This document shows positions 38,201-49,706 of a stretch of DNA of 64,000 nucleotides, one piece after another. The DNA lies in NCBI GenBank assembly GCA_016748015.1, contig JAAOMT010000706.1:296764-360763 (forward strand), in the 5' to 3' direction. The notes beneath the pieces are model-generated. The model had not been told where the DNA came from and made no database searches. It saw nothing but the letters and a program-made list of their open reading frames with translations. The position numbers and the translations under genes are program-made. Each line of letters opens with the position of its first letter. The first letter of the stretch is position 1. This DNA is from Geosiphon pyriformis uo1 (Eukaryota > Fungi > Glomeromycota).

Positions 38201-40550
38201 AAACAGATTAAATAAAAAATTAAATTAATTCTATATCTTATTTGACTGTAAATATTTTGTTAATAATACTATTTATATTAAAAACAGTTAAGTTATTATT
38301 TAATATATTCTTAATATTATAAGTAAATTTTTTAGAATTAATAATATTTTAATTAATATTGACAAAATTATAATTATTTTTATTAATTAATAGATTGTTA
38401 TCTATTAGTAATTTATTAATTATAATTGCTAAAAAAAGATTGTACAAATATTTTAGTCTTTTTTTGTTAATAAATGATTTTTTTAAGTCTAATTTAACTA
38501 AAATCTATATTAATATTAAGTTTTTTGTTAATATAATTTTAAAAAAAAACAATTTTAACTAAACAATTTTCATATTTAGTTTTTATTTTGTTATAACTAA
38601 TTATTAATTACAAATCTTAATTTAGTTTTGTTTTTAAAAGTATATATTAAAAATAAAATATAATAATTTAAAAAAGCTTGAAATTTAAAATTAATCTTTT
38701 AAAAAAATTTTCAAATAAGATTTTATATTATTATTTTTTTGTATAATTTGAAATTTATTAAGCAAATTTAAATTAAAAATAAAATAATATTATTGTTAGT
38801 TTTTTTAAATGTTTTAAATATTGTTAACAGATTATTAATTATTATTTTTTAAATTTACAAATTGTAAATTAGGCTTTTAAAAATTTATTGTGATTTTTTA
38901 TTAAGTTAAAAATTAGTTTAATTAAAAAATTTTTAAATTAAAGTTATTTTAACAAATTTTTTGTTTATAGTTTTTTATTTAATAAATAGTATTTTTATAT
39001 TAAATATTTTAAATCTTAAATTGTATTATAATATTGCTAATTTTTTTGTGATTAGAAACTGAATTTGATTATTTTATTTGTTAATTATAAGTTTAATTAT
39101 TAGAATATTTATAATTTAAGTTATTTTTTTGTAATTAATAAATATTTAATAAAAACAAAACTACTTATTATAAAGATTTTTGCAAAAAATTTATTGTAAA
39201 ATTTAAATTTACATAAAATAGTCTATAATATTTTAGTATTTTTTAAAAATTTAGACATAAATATTAATATTTATATTTTTGGTTTAATTTTATTAATATT
39301 AGTTAAATTACAAATTATTACTTTGGTTTTTAAATATATATTAACTTTTAATTTGGTAAAAATTTATTTAAATAATTAAGTAATTTTAAATACTTGTATT
39401 TTTAAACTTATTTTGAAATTGCCAAATCTTTATAATTATTATTAAATAAAAATAAATAAATTATTAATTTTATTTATAAAAAAACATTTTAATTATTTAA
39501 TCTAAATTTAAAAACTATTTTGATATTGTTAATAATAATAATAATATATTAGCTAATAAAACTGCTTATTTATCTTTGTATTTTTTAGTTTTAATTAATA
39601 AAAATTTTTTTAAATAAAAAGTATTGTTGTTTTTAATAATATTTATTATTTTATTTATAATATATATTAATTTATTTATTGTATTTAATAAAAAATTGGA
39701 CTGAATACTAATATAATAATTGAAAATATAATTAAAAATATAAATTAAATTCATATTTTTATAATTTAACACTTTAATTTTTATATATATTTTGAATATA
39801 TTAACAAATTTATAATTAATTTATGTATTTACTTAATAAAAACAGTTTATAAATAATTATTTGTTGTTATTTAAAAGTATTTGTATAATAAATAATATCT
39901 TAAAACTATTTGTTTTTATTGTAAAAAAATGAAATTTTTAGATTATGTTTTTATATACAGATTATATATTATAAGATATATAGAATTACTAACAAATTTA
40001 ATTAAGTCTTAAAAATTAATTACATGTGTTTTGCTTTTATTATTTTTGGTTTTATAGTTTGTTTTTTTAATAATATTTTGTATATTATGTTTTATAAAGA
40101 TGTAATTTATTAAAATTATATTTGTTTTTAAAAATATTAAATTGGTTATTTTATATTTAAATACTATTACATAGTAATTAATATTAGATTATACAAAAAA
40201 AATATAATTGTATAAATTTAAATATAAAGTTGTAATAAAAAAAAGTAAACTAATTAGTAATAATAAGTTTAATTCTTATAGTTTTTGTAATTTACTTGTA
40301 AATTTGTTTAATAATTAATATATTAAATATTAATGAAGTTTTTGTAATTAATTTTGAATTGTGCAATAAATGTTTGTTTTTTTCAAATCTGAATAATAGT
40401 GTTAGTGTTTATATAAATATATAATATAGTTTTAATTGGTTTAAATAGCTGGCAAGTACATAAATTATATTTAGTTATGAATACTTAGTTTGTTTATGTG
40501 GGTTAAACAGTAATTGGGCCACATTCGTAAAAGTTTTAATAATAAAAAAA
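35202..40550 (+). mobile_element. Extremely AT-eroded LINE relic (copy 3)
   Basis: Residual NFITKTD...FVNNTIY at ~38190-38280 corresponds to NFVAKTG...FVDDTIW; LINE-like 3'UTR and A tail at 40435-40550; almost no G/C left. Confidence 0.6.
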
Positions 40551-41301
40551 TAGATGCAAAAGAATTATTTTTAGTTTATAACTTAATGTAATTTTAACAT
40601 GACTTGTTACATATATGTTATGTTTAATATAAAACATGTACATATTAAGTAACACTTTATTAAAATAGTTTTTAAAAACAGTTTTATTATTTATTTGGTG
40701 TAAAATTAAATTACAAAATCTTTAATAATTAAAATATCAATTTTAAATTATTGTATTTGTTTATAATTTGATAAATAATTGATAATAATACAATTTTTAT
40801 TTTATTTTTTGCTAAACATCTTTATTTTTTTTATAAAAATATAACAAATTTTGCTATTAACAGGATTTATATCAATAATATTTTTTATTTTTGAAAAACG
40901 CTATACATTTACAAATTCACCTCTGATATTGCTAAAGTGTCTTACTAAAACTTAGCTTTGGGTCTTTTTAACATAAATTGTATTTGGGCTTTGATCATCG
41001 TTATACAAGTAAAACGTATCTGTCAAGTTTTCTACCATCAATAATAAGATTCAAAATTTATAAGAGAACCCTCTGTCCTCGACCACGACCTTTATCATTT
41101 ATTATCAGTCTCAAAACAACTCGCTGACAAACCCTGTTTTCCTAAAGATACCAAAACCCTTTAGTCTTTCCACTGAACTGCCTCGAAAACTCGAAGAATT
41201 CAAAACACAATAAATTTTCATAAAAAAACCACCTATAAACACGGAATGAGGTAGGGTCATCCTAAGACTAAATTATTATCGACGCGGAACTAAATAACGG
41301 A

Positions 41302-43700
41302 ATGAGTGAGATATCAGTTGAGCGCGAACACAAAAAACCCACCATAAATTACAGCTCTTCAACCGTCCCGACCAAGTCCATTCTCACTCGATCTGTAACG
41401 CGTGCACGATATGGTGGCGGTAAATCTACCGCACAAAATCATGAACTATGCGATGCCTGTCATGGAGCAGGGCACTTGATCTGCTGTGACGGATGTCCTC
41501 GTGCTTATCATTTTACCTGTGTTAATCCGCCGCTGGATTATAAAGCGCCGCCCCCTGGAAATTGGTACTGTAAAGTGTGCCAAACTGAGAGAGTTAGTAA
41601 CGATGTCCTATAAAAAGTAAATATTTTGCAAATTTTGGGATTCTAATTCAAAACAAAATCATATTCAGAGAGCACCTCCTAAAGCTCCACCCAGTCTCTT
41701 CTCTGAGCTTTTGGATCATGGTCGTCGCGTCAACTCAATCCAATACGAAGTACCCATGTGGGTAAAAGATGCTTTCGAAGGAGGTACATTCCTAAATAAA
41801 AAATATTTGTGAATCCTTTTTGTACCTTTTTTATATATTTTCAAACACTTTATTAACAAATCTTTGACAATTAAAATATAGTTGGCACAGAAGGCACCGG
41901 TCATTTCGTCGATTTTAATCACAAAAAGTATCCAAAAATTGAGTGAGTTATATTTCAATCCTTATTTATGTCTTGCTTTTCTAGCTTTCAAGTATTAGGG
42001 TTTCAACTCAATATTCATTTCTGTCAGTAAATTTGGGTATCCAATTGAGCCCGACTATACTCAATTCCAAGATGAAAAAGGGAATTTCATTTATTGCCAT
42101 TATTGTCGAAAAATTCCTGCGCGTCAAAAGCCAGCTATACCATGTGATTATTGTAATAGATACTGGCATTTAGACTGCTTAAATCCTCCCATGGTCAAGC
42201 GCCCTAGTCTCTTCAAAAAATGGATGTGTCCTTTCCACATTGATCATTATTTGGTAAGCAGTATACATTTATTCTTATCATAATCACTATAATTTTTACT
42301 CGTATATATTTCTTTGATCTAGCCAAAAGTTCGAAGATTGAAGGGGTCTAAAGATGATTTTACTGAATTGTTTGGTGCAGATAACACCGCAATTCAATTA
42401 GATCCTGATGATTGGGATGACTCTGGACAGTATGTAATGTCTGATTTCTTGCGTAAACATCTAGAAGAGAAAGCTCGCCTCAAAAATGCTGAGTAAGTAT
42501 CTTGAAGTCTTATTAATAGTTACTTTCATCGTATTTTGAAATTAATTATAACATACATCTTTTTAGCTGGGACCCTCTTGGGTATCCTGTAGATGTTCTT
42601 AAAAACAACGAACTTCAGGATGTCTTTTTAACTACCGATGATTTAGAAACTGACCAACACGAACGAATTGGCCATCAAAAATATAAAAATATAAATGACG
42701 ATCCCTTGAATGGGGTATCATATACCATCAATAGGGAAAAAAATCCAAAAATTCGACCAACTGGTCCTCGCGAACTTTTGGAAGTGACCAACAAAGAGGA
42801 ATTGGTTTCTCACCAAGAAAATATTGCGCAAGCAAGTGATCTATCAGATGACGTATCTGAATTAACCGAGTTATCAGATATTCCCTCTGATATAAGCGAA
42901 TTATCCGAAAAGAGATCAGATGCGAGCAAATCCGATGGAAGCAAAAATTCCGGTCTTAAATTGAAAGCTAAATATAAAGAGACGAAATCAAGGGAGCTGG
43001 AAAGTAGAAAGGACAAACTTAAAGAGCCTGAAGAAAAGAATCTCAGGATTAAAAAGGGAAAATCTAAAGAACTGGAAGATAAAGATACGGGAACCAACAA
43101 AGGAAAATCCAAAGAAACTGATCATAAGATTTTAGAAACTAAAGGAAACAAACCGAAAGCAATTGAAGTAAAAGATCTGAAAAGTAGAAAAGGGGAATCC
43201 AACGAAATGGAAGAAAAGGATTCAGTAGAGCACAAGATAAAAGAACCTGTGTCACAATTGTCGGCTAAATACAGAAAAGCTCAGTCTGTCGTTAGGGACG
43301 ATCGGCATTCAATAGAGGTGGACAAGAACCAGCCACAAAGTTCAACGGGGTCTGGGCAAACAAAGAAGCGACATATTACTGAACGGTAAACCTTAAGCTA
43401 TATTCATTGAATTCGAAACTTTTTTCAGGTCATCATTAAAGAGAATGCTGATAATGTATTAAAATTTCCAGGGGTCAAGAAAAGGGCGATAGGGATGAAG
43501 GAAGGAAAAAAATGAAAACGGATGTAGCAACATCTGGCAGCAACCATGATAAATCTGACGTAGATTCAAATTTGTGGCTTTTGGTCAACACAGCGTTGGT
43601 AAGTGTATTTTTAATTGTGCAAACGTTGGGTTAACTTAATCGTAAGAATGTAAATTTATTCCGAACCATTTGTTCGATCTGCTATGAACTGTAGCAATAA
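41302..43700 (+). CDS. RCO1: Double PHD-finger protein, Rco1/Cph2/PHF12-like subunit of the Rpd3S-type HDAC complex (multi-exon)
   Basis: PHD1 CDAC...CCDGCPRAYHFTCVNPP...WYCKVC; linker YEVPMWVKDAFEGV; PHD2 CHYC...CDYCNRYWHLDCLNPP...WMCPFH (42028-42253); GT-AG introns; last exon CAATAA 43695-43700. Confidence 0.85.
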
Positions 43701-44316
43701 TCTGACGCGAACCGCATTAGAGCAAAGATATCATTTTCAAGCATAAATCATCTTCACAAGCCAATGTGCCAAACTCGGGAAATCAATATAAAACAGTCTC
43801 GTATTTTTCATTTTTACCCTTTTTTTGAAAAAGCAATTGTAAATAAACACTCGGTTTCTTTCATCAAAACCCGCCGTATTTTAATAATGACGAATATGTT
43901 TTCAAACTAAATTTTCCACGTTAATCATTGAGAAGAATTAGCTCAAATAAATTCCGGGGAATATCCTTTTCTTAAAATATCTTAAGCTTCCGTTCCTTTT
44001 AGACTTGATCAGATTAGTCTTGGAATATCACCTTGTTATCAAAATCCTCGAAAGATCTCGGAAAAAAATTAAAAATTTGTAAGTCCAGTTTTCGGCAAAA
44101 TTTATTATAAAAGTTGTATTTTGCGACAAATTGCTTGTAAGATTGGTTATTAAGCCCATGAAATTTGCCCCTTTAGATGCAAATTTAATAGTTTTAGGTG
44201 TCCCGTAGACTATTTATATCGGGAATGGCAAAATCTATTCTAAGAGTATTTATAAATTAAAAATAAAATGTTTCTTGAAAAATTTAATATTATAGCAAAT
44301 CCCTTTCATTATCACA

Positions 44317-45276
44317 TTAGATTTTGCCAAGTCTTCTTTTCAATGCTCTCTGACGCTTTCTCAATTTCTTATGCTTATGTTTATTCATCTTCAACCTTCT
44401 TTTTTGTCTAATGTTCGACATATAACTTGTTCTTCCTTCTCGCTCCCTTTTTTCTGTTATCTCATCTTCGTAGAGATCCAGCTCCTTTGTAGTATCAGGC
44501 TCATTTGGACGGTCTATCTGCTCTGTTGGTCTAATTCTCTGCACTTCCAATAACTCAAAGTCTTCTGATTCTTCTTCCTCTTTTTTAAGAGATGCTTCAA
44601 TTTCCGAGAAAAAGCGATTGATTACTTGTTGAGATTCGGTTGAGGTCATAGCAAAAGAGGATGGTTGAAGGGGTGATAATAAATTTCCAGGGTTAATAAG
44701 TAGAGGGTGAGTTGTGGAGGTTGAATTTATAGAAATGTATATGGTAGAGTGAGCTGTTAAGCCGTCTTCGTCATATTCTATCAAAGGATTATATCATTTG
44801 ATCTGATTAAAATTTTATGTTAAGAAGTGATGAACTTAACCAAGATTCTTATTTGAGTGGACAGTAAAGTTTAACTTGGGAGCCTTTACGCCGTTTAACA
44901 ACTCAATTCTTTGCCTTAAGATCTTACCTTCTTCATCTTCTAAACCTTGTGACTGTTGTTGCCCAGCATCCCATACGGGTGCTAGCTGATCATTTATTGT
45001 AGGTAAAGGACGATGCAAAGCAAAAAAAGTGCTATGTGCTAAATCTCTTGGATCAACATAGTTCAACGCAACAAAAGTAAGCTCTTGTTTGGATGGAGGT
45101 TGTTGAGCGCGTTTCGTACCGGAGGAGGAGGAGGAGGAGGAAGAATAAAATCTCGAAATTGCAAATTTTAAAGGGCCACGCGTAAAAAAGCTCACTGGTT
45201 TGGTTTTTAGATGAACAAAGTAATTAGAACTTTGAAATTGTAGCCATGAGCGAATTAAATTTGGCGTTATTGCCAT
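44317..45276 (-). CDS. COX24: Mitochondrial small ribosomal subunit protein mS38 / Cox24-like (2 exons, ~45276-44928 and ~44777-44317)
   Basis: C-terminal MSNIRQKRRLKMNKHKHKKLRKRQR; FFALHRPL motif; N-terminal presequence-like region. Confidence 0.85.
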
Positions 45277-45758
45277 CTAAAACGGAGGCTAAAGTAGATA
45301 TTGAGAAAAACAAAGTATTTATGAAAAGCACAACAAGAGATCAATTTACAAACAAAACGACAAGGATGATCTAACTTTTGTATTAAAAAGCTCGCCGTAC
45401 TTGGAAAAGGTTTTACTAAAGCCACTGCAACCAAAATAGAGTGATGGTTTGGCAAGCATCTATTTCTTGACAATCCCTAATCCCATTGTCTTACCCAGCA
45501 TTTTAAATTGATAGTTAATGAGGGTGAGAGTGTAACCATGCTCACAAATTTTGGCTAGTTCCACTTCCCATCTTTTACTTGTTTTGGTTTCGCAGGTTTC
45601 AAAAAGACTGTTTCTGTTTTAACCCGATATCTTTTTACTCCTTCCTTTTCACCTTGCTCTTAAATTCACTTTTTTTGGATACTTTTTAGTTAACGTTTCT
45701 ACCACCTTTATTATAATAAATAATCTCCTTACTCTTCAGGGCTTTATTTTAAAACGGG

Positions 45759-47706
45759 ATGGTCAGATCACCGAAGAAGCTGTTCGATAAAACGGTACGC
45801 GAGTACTCAAGTGAGGAAGTTTTGAGTGGAGATTTATGCTCTAAAAGTTTTAAGACCGATTTAATTTTTCCTTTGATGTATTGGCCTATGACTACTATGT
45901 TTTCTTTCCTGGGTCGGGTTTTCTCTTTTATGCGCTCGCCATTTTATAGTTATTTTCAAATTTCTTCAGATCTTATTATCAAGTCATACATACTAAGAAA
46001 TTTTGTTATCAAACTTATAACAGATCAAAAGAATATCAGAGTCAAAATGGACAAAACTTTTTATCCTAACATCCATTTTGCAGGCTGTTCTGGTTATTAC
46101 TTTCGAAGGCAGGGTTTATGCACATAATAACAGTGAAAGGCAAATCTTGGAAACTATGGGTTTATGCAAACCAGAGTCCTCGATAACTCGCCTATCGAAC
46201 ATTATGCGAGAAAATTTAGTGTTTATGGGTTTTCAAGCCTTTCAATTTCTATTTTGTGTGAATGCGGTAGCAAAAGCTTCAATTAAATTTTCATTGGATT
46301 AAAGTTTTTTTCAAACAAAGTTCCCTTACCAACTTTCCTTTTACATCTTGGATGGGTGAATCTAGATTTACAATCAAAATACAATACAAATGATTACTAT
46401 TGCAGTAATTAATTATAGTTGTGCACTTTTTGGCATTGTAAGTAATCTGCGTCCTTCCTTTTTATATTGATTTAGCAATGGTTATTTTTTAAGCAGAGGT
46501 TACCAAAGTTGACTTTGACATTCTTATAGGGTCAAATATTCGAAACGGTGAAATGGCGCAGATCACTGGATGAAGAGCTTGTAAAACTTGGATGCTCACC
46601 AATAAAAGAATCTCAAAGATCAGGAAAAATAGAATCCACAAAAGCAGCAATAACATCCTTCGAGCTTCCATTGGTCGCCATCCTATTGATATTCGGGACC
46701 GCATTAGGATTTTTGGCCTTCAAATTATATCAGCAATTTGGTTGGAATATCTACAAGAGGATTGGAGCTGATTTGAGAATGCAGTGTATGCCATTTTTCA
46801 ATTATTGAATGTCCTTGATTGAATAACTTTGTGGCATCATTGTCTTATTAAACCAATTTTTATTTCACACAAAGCGGTTTACCGAACTATGCTTATATTC
46901 GTAATGTTACTGAAACTTGATATATTTTTCATGCTTGCATTCTCAATCTTGGCATTGGTTGTCCTTGATAAAGAATCAGCAAAACTTCCGCGTGGTCCGT
47001 ACTATTTTCATCTTGGCTTGACTTCGTTAATTGTAATTTTGCAAGCTCTCGCCTATATATCGGTAAATATACATCTTTCTAATTAACGTAAAAGTTAAAG
47101 AAATTAACCATATTATTCCTTTCTTCTAAAAGTTACGAAAAGAATGGTTGTCAGGAATGATAATATTCATAAGTTTCTGCATAATTAGTATAGTAGATTA
47201 CATTATCCTTTTGAAATATTCCATTGCTAGTAATGTACAAGATACGTGGTTTTTTTGGATCTTTTTCAGTAAGTCATTTCTTTATGATCTGAATATTGTT
47301 ATTACGAGCTCCATTATAGCCTATTCACTTTTAATAAATCGTTTCGTAGTTATTTTAAGCTGTATTATAACCGGGGTAAGAATTCAAACTACTTGAGATA
47401 ATTGAATGTCTAAAATCTAAAAATTCTAATTATTGGTGGATCACTATATTTTAGTTAACCGGCATATGGGCATCTTTAGTAACTAGGAACTTTGGTCATG
47501 GTCTAAAAGTTTTTCGTAAGTTGTTCTATTCTCTTGAGTGAAAATTGTTTTGATCACCTCATCATATGATGATGTTCATTCCACTCAAATACCCACTATC
47601 GATAGTTGACAAAGGTAAACATGACGAACACCCCATTGATGAACATGACATGGGACAAGTTCAAGTACCACCACGAAGATGGGCCATCGAAGACGAAGAT
47701 GAATGA
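45759..47706 (+). CDS. Multi-pass fungal membrane protein, UPF0658-like (multi-exon)
   Basis: Exons with RENLVF..QNTIQ, KLYQQFGWNIYKRIGADLRMQ, IFVMLLKLDIFF, TRNFGHGLK; hydrophobic helices; GT-AG introns. Confidence 0.72.
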
Positions 47707-49706
47707 GCTCATAAACCATTATTTCCTCACTTCGATAACAATTATTCGACTTAATCTGATTTTATATTCATTATCAACTACCAAATGATCCGCACCAGCC
47801 ACCTCACGAATATACATATATACATTATGTTCATAAACTCTGTTACTAAAAAAAACTCAATATTCCCTATATGCGCACATATGACCAATCAATAAGTCTA
47901 CACTAATACATTTTGTACTATAAGTGGCAAAACAGGAGCCGCCGCAAGAGGTTCGACTTTGGTGATTTTAGAATTCGATTGGGTGTTTGAGTTACGCGCT
48001 AATGATCGAAACATGTCGGTCAATAATAATAATCTATAGATGGAACTCGTTTTAATATAGTTAAGTTCCGGTTTGTGGGATAATATTTTCTTTAGATCTT
48101 TGATAGACTCTCATTTGATTTATCTCCTGCGACTTCCCTGTTTTCATCAGAATTCCTGAGCGCAAAATAAATGAAACTTTGATGGTTTCGCTGGTCGAAG
48201 TTTACTATAAGTTGTGGTAATAATCCTCAATTGTGATACACCGCTAATCATTTTTTGATAAATGTGTGTAATTATTATAATTATTCTTGCATAATGTAAT
48301 ATTAAAAAATCATACAGAAATCAAGTGAAATGAAATGAAATAATTGGAATTAATTATTATAATCAAATACGTGTAAACAATGAATACAATGCATTCATAA
48401 ATTTGTCAATTGGCAAAAATGGAGTATCGGCAAATTCATAATATGCCGCAGACTACCAAATTTAGTAATCTCAAACAAAATGACCAAATTGATCAAATTT
48501 GTAATTGCCCAATCAGTGACTGAGACAAAATTGGTAGAGTTCCAACAACCCTGTTAACAATACAATTTGTATCACAACATGACAGTAATGGTGACTCGCT
48601 ACAGAAAATCATGAGACTACATCCTTTGGGTTGGTGAAACACAAACCGGAATTTCAGGAAATAGCAACACGAGGTAGCATTGTGATACATGGAGTTCCAT
48701 ACAAATATTTTTTGTAGTTGGAGGTTCCCAACTTCCCATCCGAAGGTTAGTTATATCAGATATAATTATATTAATGAAATAAAGAATGAAACCCCGGATA
48801 AATTTTTTCAAGTTATACTCGAATCCTTCTGTCAGTGTGATTCTGATCCCAATTAACAAATCCATCAATTTCGGCTACCAAGTAGTTTGAATATTGATCA
48901 GTCTCATTACCCAGCCTTATCATGACCCCCACCCACAATCGGCTGATAGTACAAGATCAAAATTATCATGGCATGAAAAAACCAACCTTCGAGAAGGTAT
49001 GCTATCACAGGTTCCAAAGTTACCTTATTAATAACCTATTCTCATGGTCTTATTAATCAATCCCAGTTTTGTATTTAAATTTACATGCGGGAAGTAATAC
49101 CTTTCTTTTCGCTTAGAAAAGGAATTTATTACATATGTAATTATGTAATTTATTGGTTGTTAACTATTCGTTGATTCATTCTACCGACGAATCAACTCTC
49201 TTGCAATTTATTAGCCGGATAAAGCATCAAAAAGCTACGAAATAATATGAATTTGGCTTTTTTATTGATAAACATAAGGGTTAGAAGAAAGGAAACTCAC
49301 ACCGGTTAACAAAAAAAAAGGTGTTTAAGGAGGTTGGAAAACATAAGGAATTCCATAATTGGGAAAGAAAAATATGGACTAGACAACTAAAACGAACAAT
49401 AGTGTTGAAAGTCAAATAAGAGTATAAGAACGCGATCGTCTTGATTGAACTCATTGCTTTGACAAGTTATGTAGGTGTTGATCGTATAATGTAATATGAG
49501 AAAAAAGAAATTTAAGAAATCTTTTGCCATTGCTGATAATAGTGGGAAAATACGAAAAAGCCACTGATAATTGATGAACCGCAGACACTTGACCATCATA
49601 GAGAGAAGGGTAAAAATTGAATTTAAAAGATTTAAGATAAATGATGGGTGAAAACTTAATATTTCAATAGAAAAGGGGAGGTTGTGATCGGCAGAAATTT
49701 GAAGCC

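Noticed and set aside
47920-47975. GGTTCGACT B-box-like motif suggesting a tRNA or SINE
   Set aside because: No cloverleaf stems or properly spaced A box could be formed.
48490-49600. Short ORFs between the membrane-protein gene and AGO
   Set aside because: No recognisable motifs or coherent exon chain.
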